From Actinomycetota bacterium (GTDB taxonomy: Bacteria > Actinomycetota > UBA4738 > HRBIN12), in assembly GCA_036265325.1 (NCBI GenBank), contig DATAPH010000023.1, positions 32,264 to 96,263 on the forward strand: 64,000 nt of DNA, written 5' to 3'. Made by a program: the position numbers and the translations under genes. The notes beneath the pieces were generated by a model. The model was not told the DNA's origin. It saw only the letters and a program-made list of their open reading frames with translations, and made no database searches. Every line of letters begins with the position of its first letter. The first letter of the stretch is position 1. Positions 48,892-59,094 of this stretch are shown piece after piece.

Positions 48892-50043
48892 ATGAGGCCG
48901 ATGCGCGTCCGCATGATCGGCGCGGTGGCCGTGGCCGCGCTCGCGCTCGTGGTTCCCGTCACCCGTGTCGACGCCGTGAGCGACCTCGCCGCGTGCTCGC
49001 TTCGTCCGTCCGAGGGCACGGGTCCAGACAACGTCGGCGCGTTGCTCGAGTCGGTCGATGTGCTCGCGCCCAACGACGTGTGGGCCGTCGGCTCACACAT
49101 GGCGGGCTCCGCGGGAACGCCGTTCGCCGAACATTGGGACGGCGCCGCATGGCGAACGACCAAGCTTCAACTCCCCAAAGGCTCGCTGTTCATGACGGCG
49201 CTCTACGACGTGAAGGCGTTCGCACCCGACGACGTCTGGGCGGTCGGTACGTTCACCGGGGACTTCCCGCTCGTGGAGCATTGGGACGGAACCGCGTGGT
49301 CGCTGGTGCAGGCGCCCGCGATGGCCGGCACCGAACAGATCCTCACATCCGTCGACGGCTCCGGCCCGGACGATCTCTGGGTCGTGGGCGAGATCCGCGG
49401 CGACGACCAGCAGATGCACGGGGTCGTGCTGCACCGCACGTCCGATAGCTGGCACATCGTGGCCGCGCCGGCGGGCTCCGCCGTGCTCCAAGGCGTGACG
49501 ATGGTCGACGGTCTGCCCGCCGTGGCCGGCTGGTCGATCGATGCGGACGGCTACGCCCGAGGCCTGGTTGCGCGGGGGATCCCAGACGGCGGGTGGTCGA
49601 ACGCCGACCTCGGCCCGTCCGGTCGAGAGAACACGTTCATCCTGTCGGTGAGCGTCGATCCGTCGGGCGCGCTCTGGGCGGCCGGGTTCTCGAACACCTC
49701 ACCGGACGACGACGCGGCGCGGACGTTCCGCTTCGACGGCTCGTCCTGGACGGCCGTCCAGATCCCGCAACAGCCCGGACCCGCTCGGCTCCTCGATGTG
49801 GCGAGTGACAACGCCGGGACGGTCGCCGTCGGCCAGACCGTGACCGACGGCGCGACCCACGCGTTGGTGCTGCGCTTCGACGGTGGCGCGTGGTCCCCGA
49901 TGTCGAGCGAAAGCGGGAGCAGCGCGCCCGACACGCTGTCCGGGGTCGCGGTGTGGAACGCCGACGTCTGGGCAGTCGGCCGGACGGTCGTGACCGGAGC
50001 CACGTACGGCGTCCCGGCGGCTCGCGTCTACTCCTGCGGCTGA
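48892..50043 (+). CDS. Secreted beta-propeller-like repeat protein, paralog of 44563..45672
   Basis: Signal peptide. Repeats DVWAVG...EHWDGxAW. Confidence 0.55.
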   Translation: MRPMRVRMIGAVAVAALALVVPVTRVDAVSDLAACSLRPSEGTGPDNVGALLESVDVLAPNDVWAVGSHMAGSAGTPFAEHWDGAAWRTTKLQLPKGSLFMTALYDVKAFAPDDVWAVGTFTGDFPLVEHWDGTAWSLVQAPAMAGTEQILTSVDGSGPDDLWVVGEIRGDDQQMHGVVLHRTSDSWHIVAAPAGSAVLQGVTMVDGLPAVAGWSIDADGYARGLVARGIPDGGWSNADLGPSGRENTFILSVSVDPSGALWAAGFSNTSPDDDAARTFRFDGSSWTAVQIPQQPGPARLLDVASDNAGTVAVGQTVTDGATHALVLRFDGGAWSPMSSESGSSAPDTLSGVAVWNADVWAVGRTVVTGATYGVPAARVYSCG

Positions 50044-51440
50044 GGCGCCGGCCCGGTCGGGCACGACCGCTGATGCAAGATCAAGGGCGGCAACGGCGTC
50101 TGGCTGAAATCGAACGCTTCGAGCATGTCATCGGCGTTCGCATCGCGGCTCGTCAGCGGCGGCACGTTGAAGATCGTCTCGATGAACCGGAGCACCGATG
50201 CGAACTCGAGCGTGGTGCTGTCGATCGAACCGGGTTTCGCGTAGGGCGAGATCACGATGGCGGGAACCCGCGGCCCGTCGCCGTACAGGTCGACGTGCGG
50301 CGGCGGCACGTGATCGTAGAAGCCGCCGAAGTCGTCCCACGTCAGCACCACCGCGGTCGATCTCCAGTACTTGCTCTGCATCAGCGCGTTCAGGTACTGG
50401 ACCGTCCAGTTCTCGCCCTGGCACATGCTGGTCGGCGGGTGATCGGACTGCGCGAACGGCGGCGTGAGCCACGACACCGACGGCAGCGTCCCCGCCTTGA
50501 GGTCGTGCAGGTAATCCTCCGGCGTGACGACGTTGTTGTACATGTTGCTGAAACGCACGTGCTTGACCATGCGCAGCGGTTGCACCCATTCGTTCGCGCC
50601 GCGGTACTCCTTCCATGACACGCCGGCGGCATCGAGCCGGTCGGGCAGCACGGCGACGTTCGTGCACGGCCAGCGAGGCCGGTAGTAGGTCTGGATCTCG
50701 TCGGCGCCCGCCGCGCCCTGGTTCTCCAGTTGATAGAGGTGCTCCTGATCGGTGCGGTCCAGGACCGGCAGCGAGAACGCGAGCTCCTGCGGGTCGTCGC
50801 AGAACTCCCGGCGTCCGGTTCCGAACTGGCCGGGCCGCTCGTGATCGACGAAGCGATCGGATTGCGACGCGAACGTCCACAGGTGCTCGACGCCGGTCGG
50901 CCCGTAGATAGAGGAGAAGAAGTGATCGGCTAGCGTGAAATGCGACGCGTACCGCCAGTAGTTCGGGATGTCGGCGCGGTGGTACTGGACGTATCCCTCC
51001 GGTGCGAAGCAGTTCATCGCGCCGCCGTTGATCACCGTGATGCCGTCCGCGAAGCTGTGGCCGGCGTCGGGCGTCCGGTCTTTCGCTCGGGCGAGCGGGA
51101 CCGTCCCGCCATCGCACGTTTGTCCGGTCGTTGCGCCGTCTGCGCCGGGGAACGTCCCGAACATCGTGTCGAAGGTGCGGTTCTCCTTGACCAGGAACAC
51201 GATGTGCTTGATCTTCGCCCGCGCGGCCGCCACGAGCGCCGGGTCGCTCTGCGTCGTGAACCCGGTCGGCTGCGCGGCGCCCGGGTCGAGGGTCGCGGGG
51301 AACGTGCCGCTTCGATCGCCACCGCCGATACACGCCACGGCCACGACCGTGAGCACGGCGGCGGCGCTCAGGAACCGGACGGGGCGCGACACCGGCCGAG
51401 GGTAGCCGACACACCTGCGCGTCGGGCAGGATGGAGGCAT
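50028..51440 (-). CDS. Phosphoesterase-family (PLC / AcpA-type) lipoprotein, paralog of 47426..48850
   Basis: [17 protein letters not shown]. Lipobox VAVAC. ATG start 51440 (alternative GTG 51392). Confidence 0.75.
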   Translation of the reverse strand: MPPSCPTRRCVGYPRPVSRPVRFLSAAAVLTVVAVACIGGGDRSGTFPATLDPGAAQPTGFTTQSDPALVAAARAKIKHIVFLVKENRTFDTMFGTFPGADGATTGQTCDGGTVPLARAKDRTPDAGHSFADGITVINGGAMNCFAPEGYVQYHRADIPNYWRYASHFTLADHFFSSIYGPTGVEHLWTFASQSDRFVDHERPGQFGTGRREFCDDPQELAFSLPVLDRTDQEHLYQLENQGAAGADEIQTYYRPRWPCTNVAVLPDRLDAAGVSWKEYRGANEWVQPLRMVKHVRFSNMYNNVVTPEDYLHDLKAGTLPSVSWLTPPFAQSDHPPTSMCQGENWTVQYLNALMQSKYWRSTAVVLTWDDFGGFYDHVPPPHVDLYGDGPRVPAIVISPYAKPGSIDSTTLEFASVLRFIETIFNVPPLTSRDANADDMLEAFDFSQTPLPPLILHQRSCPTGPAPQPQE

Positions 51441-52200
51441 GCGCCGGTGGCTCCCCCTGTTCCTCGCGCTCGCGCTCGCCGCGTGCTCGCATCCGAGCGC
51501 GCCCACATCCACCGCCGCGTCGGAGTCCCCGGCGCGGCCGTCGCCGTCCGTGCACGCCGCGGCCGCCGACGCGCCGGTCCTTGCGAACGGCGGCACCACC
51601 GTCGTGCGCGCGGACGGTTCGCGATTCCTGTTGTATGCGCGTCCCGGACCGGGCGCGCGACAAGTCGGGTCCCTGGCGGCGACCAACGATTGGCGGCAGC
51701 CGCTCTGGCTCCCGGCGCTGTCCGGATTCGTCGATGAAGCAGGGACGACGTGGTTCCACGTCCGGCTGCCCATCCGTCCGAACGGGTCGACCGGCTGGGT
51801 GCAAGGCGACCAGGTTCGGACCGAGGTGCGGCATGATTCGATCGTGGTCGACCTCTCGGCGCACCGGCTCCGGCGCCTCGACGACGGACACGCGGTCGAC
51901 GACCTCTCGGTCGCGGTCGGCGCGCCCTCGACGCCGACCGCGCCGGGACGGTTCTTCGTGTGGGCGCGCGTGCCGACCGGCGACCCGAGGGGCCCGTACG
52001 GCGTGTTCGTGCTCGGGCTTTCCGGCTTCTCGAACGTGATCACCAGGTGGGTGGGCGGCGGGCGGATGGCGATCCACGGCACCGCCGACCCGGCCGATCG
52101 TGGCCACGACGTGTCCCACGGCTGCGTCCGCGTCTACAACCCGCAGATGGAGCAGCTCACCGACGTGCCGCTGGGCACTCCGGTGTGGATCCACGCGTAG
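51439..52200 (+). CDS. L,D-transpeptidase (YkuD domain) lipoprotein
   Basis: Lipobox LALAACS. Catalytic HGT...SHGCVRV motif. Confidence 0.8.
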   Translation: MRRWLPLFLALALAACSHPSAPTSTAASESPARPSPSVHAAAADAPVLANGGTTVVRADGSRFLLYARPGPGARQVGSLAATNDWRQPLWLPALSGFVDEAGTTWFHVRLPIRPNGSTGWVQGDQVRTEVRHDSIVVDLSAHRLRRLDDGHAVDDLSVAVGAPSTPTAPGRFFVWARVPTGDPRGPYGVFVLGLSGFSNVITRWVGGGRMAIHGTADPADRGHDVSHGCVRVYNPQMEQLTDVPLGTPVWIHA

Positions 52201-52252
52201 CTTGCGCGGCACCTGCGATGATGGAAGCGCCGAGGCCGACCGGGGGGCGCCG

Positions 52253-53479
52253 ATGAGCACCGAGCAAGCAGCGGGCACGCGAGCCGAAGAGCTTCTGGAG
52301 CTCGCCGAGCGCTACGCCGCGCACAACTATCATCCGCTGCCGGTGGTCATCGCGGAGGGTGACGGCGCCTGGGTCACCGACGTCGAGGGGGAGCGGTACC
52401 TCGACATGCTTGCGGCGTACAGCGCGCTCAACTTCGGCCACCGCCATCCCCGGCTCGTCGACGCTGCGCACCGCCAGCTCGACCGGCTGACGCTGACGTC
52501 CCGGGCATTCCACAACGACATGTTCCCTCTGTTCTGCCGCGATCTGGCCGAGCTCGCCGGCAAGGACATGGTCCTCACGATGAACACCGGCGCCGAGGCC
52601 GTCGAGACCGCGATCAAGACGGCGCGGCGGTGGGGGTACGACGTGAAGGGCGTCGAGCCGAACCGCGCGAAGATCGTCGTCGCCGATGGGAACTTCCACG
52701 GCCGGACCGTGACGATCGTGAGCTTCTCGACCGACCCGACCGCGCAGGAGGGGTTCGGTCCGTTCACCCCGGGATTCGAGGTCGTGCCGTACGGCGATGT
52801 GGATGCGCTCCGTACGGCGATCGATGGCGACACCGTCGCGTTCCTCGTCGAACCGATCCAGGGCGAGGCCGGCGTGATCGTCCCGCCCGAGGGCTACCTG
52901 CGGGCGGCGCGCGAGATCTGCACCGAGCGCGGCGTCCTGATGATGGCCGACGAGATCCAGTCAGGACTCGGCCGCACGGGTACGACGTTCGCCGTGGAGC
53001 ACGAGGGCGTCGTTCCCGATGTGTACATCCTGGGCAAGGCGCTCGGCGGAGGGATCATGCCGCTGTCGGCGGTCGTCGCCGACCGAGCCATCCTCGGCGT
53101 ATTCAAGCCGGGTGAGCACGGTTCGACGTTCGGGGGGAACCCCCTCGCGAGCGCGATCGGCATCGAGGTCATCGACATGCTCCGCGAGGGCACGTACCAA
53201 CGCGCGTCGGCGGAGCTCGGCGCGTGGCTCCTGCAGGCGCTCCGTGACGCCTCCTTGCCGCAGGTGACCGAGGTGCGTGGGCGCGGCCTGTGGATCGGCG
53301 TCGACCTCGATCCCGCCGTCGGAACGGCCCGCGAGATCTGCGAGCGGCTGATGGCGCGCGGGATCTTGGCGAAGGACACGCACGAGTCGACCGTGCGGCT
53401 CGCGCCACCACTGTGTGTGTCGCGCGAGGACCTCGGCTGGGCGGTCGAGCGCATCGTCGACGTGATCGGCAGCGCCTGA
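52253..53479 (+). CDS. rocD: Ornithine--oxo-acid aminotransferase (class III aminotransferase)
   Basis: AHNYHPLPVV N-terminal OAT signature. DEIQSGLGRTG. PLP lysine in GKALGGG. Confidence 0.8.
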   Translation: MSTEQAAGTRAEELLELAERYAAHNYHPLPVVIAEGDGAWVTDVEGERYLDMLAAYSALNFGHRHPRLVDAAHRQLDRLTLTSRAFHNDMFPLFCRDLAELAGKDMVLTMNTGAEAVETAIKTARRWGYDVKGVEPNRAKIVVADGNFHGRTVTIVSFSTDPTAQEGFGPFTPGFEVVPYGDVDALRTAIDGDTVAFLVEPIQGEAGVIVPPEGYLRAAREICTERGVLMMADEIQSGLGRTGTTFAVEHEGVVPDVYILGKALGGGIMPLSAVVADRAILGVFKPGEHGSTFGGNPLASAIGIEVIDMLREGTYQRASAELGAWLLQALRDASLPQVTEVRGRGLWIGVDLDPAVGTAREICERLMARGILAKDTHESTVRLAPPLCVSREDLGWAVERIVDVIGSA

Positions 53480-53521
53480 CGGTTCGCGGCGCCCTCCATC
53501 CATCGCCTAGGCTTCGCTCCC

Positions 53522-54874
53522 GTGACGCCTCCCGAGCGCGGGCCTGCGCCCGCCGAGCGTATGACGGTTGCGATCGTCGGTGACCTGATCTCCACACGGC
53601 CGATCGCGCCGATGCTTGCGAATGACGCCCGGTTCGCGGCCGCCATCGAACGGCTCAATACAGTCGATGTCGCCGTCGGCAACCTCGAGTTCGCCGCTGC
53701 GGACCCGGACGACCCGGAGGCGTGGATCTGGTCGATGCCCAACGACTGGTCCATCGCGTCCGATCCGGCCGCCGTGGGCGACCTCCGTGACCTGGGGTTC
53801 GGTGCGGTTGGGCGGGCCAACAACCACACGATGGACCGCGGCCCCGCGGGCATGCGCACGACCACTCTGCTGCTCGACGAGGCCGGCATCGACCACGCTG
53901 GCGCCGGCGAGGATCTCGCACGTGCCGGCGCACCGCGGTATCACGAGACGGCGCGCGGCAGGCTCGGGATCGTCAGCGTGACCACGAGCCCGTCGCCGCC
54001 CGACACCGCCGGAGCGCTCGATGCATTCGCCGGCCTCGCGCCGCGCCCCGGTGTGCATGCGCTCGCGGTTGAACCCGTCGTCACGGTTCCCGGCCCGGCA
54101 CACGAGGCGCTCCGCGCGGTGCACGACCTCGTCCCGGATGCGATGGGCGAATGGATGAACGGCGATCCGGGGCTGCGCGTGTTCACCGCGCGGTTCGAGC
54201 GGGGCGACGACGTGTCCGTGCGCTACGAGGTCGACCCCGAGGGACGCGCTCGGCTCCTTCGCTCGGTTCGCCAGGCGGCGAAGCACGCCGACGTCGTGAT
54301 CATGACGGTGCACGCCCATCAGGGGGACGCGGACCCGGCGACGCCGCCCGCGTTCCTCCGGGAGCTGGGCCGCGACGCGATCGCGGCGGGCGCAGACGCG
54401 GTGGCGGTAAGCGGCCCGCACACGCTCGCGCCCGTCGAGCTCGTCGACGGGCGTCCCGTGTTCTTCGGCCTCGGTGACTTCATCTGGAGCGACCTCGGCG
54501 GTCCGCTTCCGGCATCGTTCTGGCCCAGGACGCGGGCGGTGCTTGGGTCGGACATCGACCCGGCGACGATGACGGAAGCGGAGCTGGTCGAGCGGCTCAA
54601 CGACGACGGGTTCACCGACCCGTGGGTGTTCCGGGCGGTCCAGGCCGAGCTGGTCATCGGGCCGACGGGCGTCGAACAGGTGCAGGTCCACCCCGTGGAC
54701 CTCGGTCAGCACGAGCCGATCACGCGGCGCGGTGTGCCGCGCGTCGCCGAACCGTCGGTTGCGGCTGAGATCCTCGAGCGGCTCGCAACCATGTCGGCGC
54801 CCTTCGGCGTGACCGTCGACGTCGCCGACGGTGTCGGCACGGTGAGGCCTCGGGAGACCGCGCCCGCCGGCTGA
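53522..54874 (+). CDS. CapA/PgsA-family metallophosphatase-like protein
   Basis: VAVGNLE and GRANNHTMDRG motifs of the CapA family. Confidence 0.7.
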   Translation: MTPPERGPAPAERMTVAIVGDLISTRPIAPMLANDARFAAAIERLNTVDVAVGNLEFAAADPDDPEAWIWSMPNDWSIASDPAAVGDLRDLGFGAVGRANNHTMDRGPAGMRTTTLLLDEAGIDHAGAGEDLARAGAPRYHETARGRLGIVSVTTSPSPPDTAGALDAFAGLAPRPGVHALAVEPVVTVPGPAHEALRAVHDLVPDAMGEWMNGDPGLRVFTARFERGDDVSVRYEVDPEGRARLLRSVRQAAKHADVVIMTVHAHQGDADPATPPAFLRELGRDAIAAGADAVAVSGPHTLAPVELVDGRPVFFGLGDFIWSDLGGPLPASFWPRTRAVLGSDIDPATMTEAELVERLNDDGFTDPWVFRAVQAELVIGPTGVEQVQVHPVDLGQHEPITRRGVPRVAEPSVAAEILERLATMSAPFGVTVDVADGVGTVRPRETAPAG

Positions 54875-54897
54875 CCTGCGGGTGATAGAACTCCGAT

Positions 54898-55416
54898 ATG
54901 CCGGCCACCTGCCCACACTGCGGCCACGCGATCGACGACGGCGTGACGACATGTCCGCACTGCGGTCGCGACATCGCACAGGCGGCAACGGCGCCGATGG
55001 CAACCGCTGCGCCCACGACCGCGCCGATCGCCCCGATCGCGCCGGCGCCCGTGCCACCGGTGATGCCCGCCGCCCCACTCGCCGCCCCGGCGACGGGCGG
55101 GCTTGCCGTCGCCGCGCTGGTGATCGGCATCATCGCCATCGTCTTGTCGTTCACGGTGGTGTTCGGGTTCGTGCTCGGCGCCCTCGCGATCGTCTTCGGT
55201 GCGATCGCGGTCGCCCGGGCTCGCACACCGGGAACCGGCGGCAAGGGAATGGGCCTCGCGGGCCTTGTCCTCGGGATCGTCGCGATCGCCTTCGCGGTGC
55301 TCATGATCGTGTTCGTGTTCAACATCGGGAACGCGGTCAACGACAACTTCTCGAACATCCAGTTCTGCATCGACCACCCGCACAACCCATCCTGCCGCGA
55401 CCCGCGCGTGCCGTGA
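54898..55416 (+). CDS. DUF4190 protein (N-terminal zinc ribbon, Pro-rich linker, TM domain)
   Basis: CPHCG...CPHCG zinc ribbon. Two TM helices. Confidence 0.65.
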   Translation: MPATCPHCGHAIDDGVTTCPHCGRDIAQAATAPMATAAPTTAPIAPIAPAPVPPVMPAAPLAAPATGGLAVAALVIGIIAIVLSFTVVFGFVLGALAIVFGAIAVARARTPGTGGKGMGLAGLVLGIVAIAFAVLMIVFVFNIGNAVNDNFSNIQFCIDHPHNPSCRDPRVP

Positions 55417-55417
55417 G

Positions 55418-56461
55418 GTGGTCTTCCGCGCCGTCCGGGCGCAGGATGGAACGGTGTCGCTTCACCGATCGACCCTGCTCTCGCTCGAAGAGGTCGAGGG
55501 ATGGCGCGCGTGGAGCGTCGTCGAACGCGATGGCGAATACGTCCTCTCGTCGTTGACCCGCGCGGAAGCGTGGGAGCCCCGCCGGCCGTTCGCCGCGACG
55601 TGCACCCGTAAGCAGCACGCCGCGCCCGGCGCTCGATGCTCGTGCGGCGTCTACGCGGCGGCCGAGCCCACCGAGCTCGCCCGCCTCGGTCGGATCGCCG
55701 GCGCCGCCATCGGGCAGGTGTCGCTGTGGGGGCGGCTCGTCGAGCACAGCCGCGGGTATCGAGCGGAAGCGGCCTACCCGACGCGCATCCGTCTCGTCTG
55801 CGTCTCCTGCCTGAGCGAGGGACGCGGCGAGCCCGCGACCGCGGTCGAACCGGACGCATCGGGCGACCGCGTGCGGCTGCGGCCCGTCTGTGACCTCCAC
55901 GCCGACGGTGCGTCGTTGCCCGCGGCTCGTCCGGTCGAGGCGGCGCTGCTCGCCACGTATCAGGTGGACCTGTTGCCCGACGGATCTGTTCGCCGGATCC
56001 AGCGTGCGCGCGACCCTCGCCGCGTGCGTCGCGCCGTGGCCTTCGCCGCAGCTGCGGCGGTCGCTCTGTCGGTCGCCATCGGCGCCGTCGCGTTGCTCCG
56101 AGCGCGCGAGGCCGTCGCGAGCCCGGCCGCGGTTCTGCCGCCGCCCGGGCTTGTTGCGCATGCCGGCCGCCAGAACGGACCGATCCCGCGAACGGGAGAC
56201 GGCTTGCGCACGGTGAGCCATGCCAAGCTCGCGGCGTTGTCGCCCTTCCCGACGCTGCACTGCGGGACGATGACCCCGACCGGCGTCGTCGCGACCCTGT
56301 CATGCGCAGACCCGGCGTCGAACGTGTTCGTCGAGAACTACGGGCCGGCGGGCGAGCACCGCTTCGGCACGTGCGACAAGCGAACGGTCGCCAAGTCGGT
56401 CAAGGGGGATCGGATCCTGTGCTGGCGTCCGATGTCGCCTGAGCCCGCGGGCACTCCCTAG
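55418..56461 (+). CDS. Hypothetical protein with one TM segment, translationally coupled to the DUF4190 gene
   Basis: GTG start directly after the DUF4190 stop. Non-Arg-biased composition. Cys-containing N-terminal region. No family recognised. Confidence 0.35.
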   Translation: MVFRAVRAQDGTVSLHRSTLLSLEEVEGWRAWSVVERDGEYVLSSLTRAEAWEPRRPFAATCTRKQHAAPGARCSCGVYAAAEPTELARLGRIAGAAIGQVSLWGRLVEHSRGYRAEAAYPTRIRLVCVSCLSEGRGEPATAVEPDASGDRVRLRPVCDLHADGASLPAARPVEAALLATYQVDLLPDGSVRRIQRARDPRRVRRAVAFAAAAAVALSVAIGAVALLRAREAVASPAAVLPPPGLVAHAGRQNGPIPRTGDGLRTVSHAKLAALSPFPTLHCGTMTPTGVVATLSCADPASNVFVENYGPAGEHRFGTCDKRTVAKSVKGDRILCWRPMSPEPAGTP

Positions 56462-57291
56462 ATCGACCCGCTGAACGTGTCGCACGCGCCTGCGTCGCCG
56501 GACTGATATCCGGTCGAGAACCAGTGCTGCCGTTCCTCGGACGACCCATGCGTCCAAGTCTCGGGGTTGACCTTCCCCTGGAACTCCTGTTGGAGCCGGT
56601 CGTCGCCGACCGCTGCCGCAGCCGACAAGGCGTCCGCGACGTCGCTCTGCGTGATCCGCGTGATGAAGCCCGTCTGCACGGCGTTCGCGGCCCAAACCCC
56701 GGCGTAGCAGTCGGCCTGCAGTTCCAGCCGCACCGATGCGCTCTGCGGCCCCTCGCTGTTGGCGCCACCGCGGTCGATCGTTCCCTGGAGATCCTGGACG
56801 TGATGACCGTATTCGTGCGCAAGCACGTAGGCCTGCGCGAGCGGACCACCGGACGCGCCGAACCGGCTCGTGAGTTCCTGGAAGAACCCGAGGTCGATGT
56901 ACACGTGCTGGTCGGCGGGGCAGTAGAAGGGACCGATCGCCGTCGTTGCCGTACCGCAGCCGGTCTGCGTTCGATCGGTGAAGAGCACGGTGGTCGCGTC
57001 GGTGTACCCCGACAATGTGTGCGACCAGTAGTCCTGGATGCTGTTGACGTACGCGACCACGGTGCAGTCCTGGCTCTGCTGCGCATCGGCTCCCGTGCGG
57101 CACGACGAGAGGTCGCTCGACGGTGCTGTGCCACTCGACGATCCGCCGCCGATGCCGCCGTTCAGCAGCAACAGGACGATCGCGACGACGAGCCCGACGG
57201 CGCCGCCGCCGAGGGCGATGGGGGAGCCGGACATGCCGCGACGGTCGCTGACCTGCGACGGGTCGAGGCGGGCGCGCCTACGGATACGCAT
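56458..57291 (-). CDS. YpfJ-family neutral zinc metallopeptidase
   Basis: N-terminal ...VSDRRG...GGG segment and HEYGHHVQ zinc motif typical of YpfJ/Zn_peptidase. Confidence 0.8.
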   Translation of the reverse strand: MRIRRRARLDPSQVSDRRGMSGSPIALGGGAVGLVVAIVLLLLNGGIGGGSSSGTAPSSDLSSCRTGADAQQSQDCTVVAYVNSIQDYWSHTLSGYTDATTVLFTDRTQTGCGTATTAIGPFYCPADQHVYIDLGFFQELTSRFGASGGPLAQAYVLAHEYGHHVQDLQGTIDRGGANSEGPQSASVRLELQADCYAGVWAANAVQTGFITRITQSDVADALSAAAAVGDDRLQQEFQGKVNPETWTHGSSEERQHWFSTGYQSGDAGACDTFSGSI

Positions 57292-57407
57292 GGCGCCAGC
57301 TCTACCCGAAGCGCCCGCTCGTCAAGCGTCGCTCACGTCACCGAACGATCAAGCAGACGTGCGCCGAGGGCGGGCATCCGAAGCGCATGCCCACCCTCGA
57401 CGTCCGA

Positions 57408-57692
57408 TCAGCGGATGGCCCCCGCTCGGAGCTCCACGGAACGCTGATGGTCCGTGAGGTTCTCCTCGACGTGCAGCCATCCGAAGTAATAGTGAAAGCC
57501 CAACCCGATCAACATCCCGCCGACGGCGAACGCCGACCACGGGAATCCGGGTGCAACGAACACGTTGACGAGGATCAAAGCGACGGACACGACCGCGGTG
57601 ATGATGCCGTGCACGACGATTCCCCGACGTCCTTCGACCCTCGCGAGCCTTCGCTCAGCCTCTTCGTATGCATCCAGCGAGATGGTCGTCAT
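57408..57692 (-). CDS. Small 2-TM membrane protein
   Basis: Two hydrophobic helices. Follows the upstream membrane gene on the same strand. Confidence 0.45.
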   Translation of the reverse strand: MTTISLDAYEEAERRLARVEGRRGIVVHGIITAVVSVALILVNVFVAPGFPWSAFAVGGMLIGLGFHYYFGWLHVEENLTDHQRSVELRAGAIR

Positions 57693-57705
57693 CGGTCGTC
57701 CCTCC

Positions 57706-58419
57706 TCAACCGTGGTGTGGATCAACCGCCATCGCGGGCGGCAGTTCCGCGCCCCGAACCGTGAGCTCCATGTGCAGCGCGATGTGCGCGACGATCGGAG
57801 CGACGAGCGCTCCGGTGAGCAGGAATGCGAGCGCTTGCAGTCCGCACGTCACGAGGGCACCGAGCAGTTTCGGGCGAGCGCCGCGCGTCCGGAACTCCGC
57901 GTATCCGAGGTGATGGACCAAGATCACGAGCAGCGATCCCGCGATCGCGAGACCACCTGCGACGGCCTTGCCGCTGTCGGTATCGGTCCATCCCGCGGCG
58001 ACCGTCGCCTGCCATATCGTCAGAACGGGGTACACCGCGAGGAGCAACGCCTCCGCGATGCCGTACACAACGTCCTCCCACGCGAAGAGCTCGGCGCGCC
58101 TGAGCCCGTCCGTTCGCTGGCCTCGCGGCAGCCGGCGGATCAACGGCGTCACCGCGCCCGCGACGGCAAGTCCGGCCACCAAACCCCAGGCGAGGTTCGA
58201 TCCCGCGATATCCGTGAACGAGGTGCCCGACCACGCCAGGTACCAGCCGCCGATGCCGGCGACGACGAACGCCAAGACGCCGATGTATGGGGTCCTTCGA
58301 ACACCGAGTACATCTGTCACGAGCCAGGTGACGGCGAAGGCTGCAACCAGCACGACCAGGTATGCGGCGATCGCTTCCTGCCAACTGAACGAAGGATCTG
58401 CGACAGGCACCGTGCTCAC
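57706..58419 (-). CDS. Hypothetical polytopic membrane protein
   Basis: About 6 TM helices. No motif recognised. Confidence 0.4.
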   Translation of the reverse strand: MSTVPVADPSFSWQEAIAAYLVVLVAAFAVTWLVTDVLGVRRTPYIGVLAFVVAGIGGWYLAWSGTSFTDIAGSNLAWGLVAGLAVAGAVTPLIRRLPRGQRTDGLRRAELFAWEDVVYGIAEALLLAVYPVLTIWQATVAAGWTDTDSGKAVAGGLAIAGSLLVILVHHLGYAEFRTRGARPKLLGALVTCGLQALAFLLTGALVAPIVAHIALHMELTVRGAELPPAMAVDPHHG

Positions 58420-58695
58420 CTCCTTCGGTCCTCTGAACCAATCACATCACCGATGGTGCGTCGCGCGCCAGGACGACGGTCCTGCTGTCGGCGGGACCCT
58501 CGTTCGCCGCCGACCCTACGAGGCGTGCGTTTCAAAAAGCGACGTCGAGAGTCACTCGAGCTGTCGTTCACCCCAGCGCAGACTATTGATCGCGCATGAG
58601 TCGTCCCGGGTCCTGCGCGTCATGGGCCGTCTGCCCTTCATCGCCTCCTCGTGCGTCGACGACACTGAGGTTTGGAGAAGGGAGGAGGACCTGCG

Positions 58696-58896
58696 ATGAC
58701 GACAGGAGCGGAACGAAACGTCGGACTCGGGTCCGTCGCCGCCGGTCTGGGCGCGATGGCATTCGCCGTCACATCCGGCTTGACGACTGCCGATGGCGGC
58801 CCCGACTGGGTGGGCATCATCACGGTTGCGGCGGGAGTGATCCTTGTCGCGACCGGGCTGTTCAATATGTTCCACCATGGCACAGCCGAGTCGTGA
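58696..58896 (+). CDS. Small membrane protein (66 aa)
   Basis: GGGAGGAGGA SD 6 nt upstream of the ATG. Two Gly/Ala-rich hydrophobic segments. Confidence 0.4.
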   Translation: MTTGAERNVGLGSVAAGLGAMAFAVTSGLTTADGGPDWVGIITVAAGVILVATGLFNMFHHGTAES

Positions 58897-58975
58897 GCAT
58901 CGACAACTCTCCCGACCGGTTGGCGGACGAGGTCGCACGAAAGGGAACGCGCCGGCCGATCCGATGACAGAAGGG

Positions 58976-59049
58976 TGGGCCCCCGGGGATTCGAACCCCG
59001 AACCTGCGGATTAAGAGTCCGTTGCTCTGCCGGATTGAGCTAGAGGCCC
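58976..59049 (-). tRNA. tRNA-Lys(CTT): tRNA-Lys (anticodon CTT)
   Basis: Manual fold: acceptor GGGCCTC/GGGGCCC; anticodon loop CTCTTAA; T-loop TTCGAAT; discriminator A; no encoded CCA. Confidence 0.85.
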
Positions 59050-59094
59050 GACGAACCTTACCGAGCGCGGGCCCCCGATGACTCAGTCAGCGAC

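Noticed and set aside
50128-52278. 716-aa minus-strand ORF in an alternative frame
   Set aside because: The phosphoesterase (50028..51440) and L,D-transpeptidase frames carry the family motifs. This frame is Arg-rich.
54720-56303. 527-aa minus-strand ORF
   Set aside because: Arg-rich antisense ORF opposite DUF4190 and the coupled hypothetical gene.
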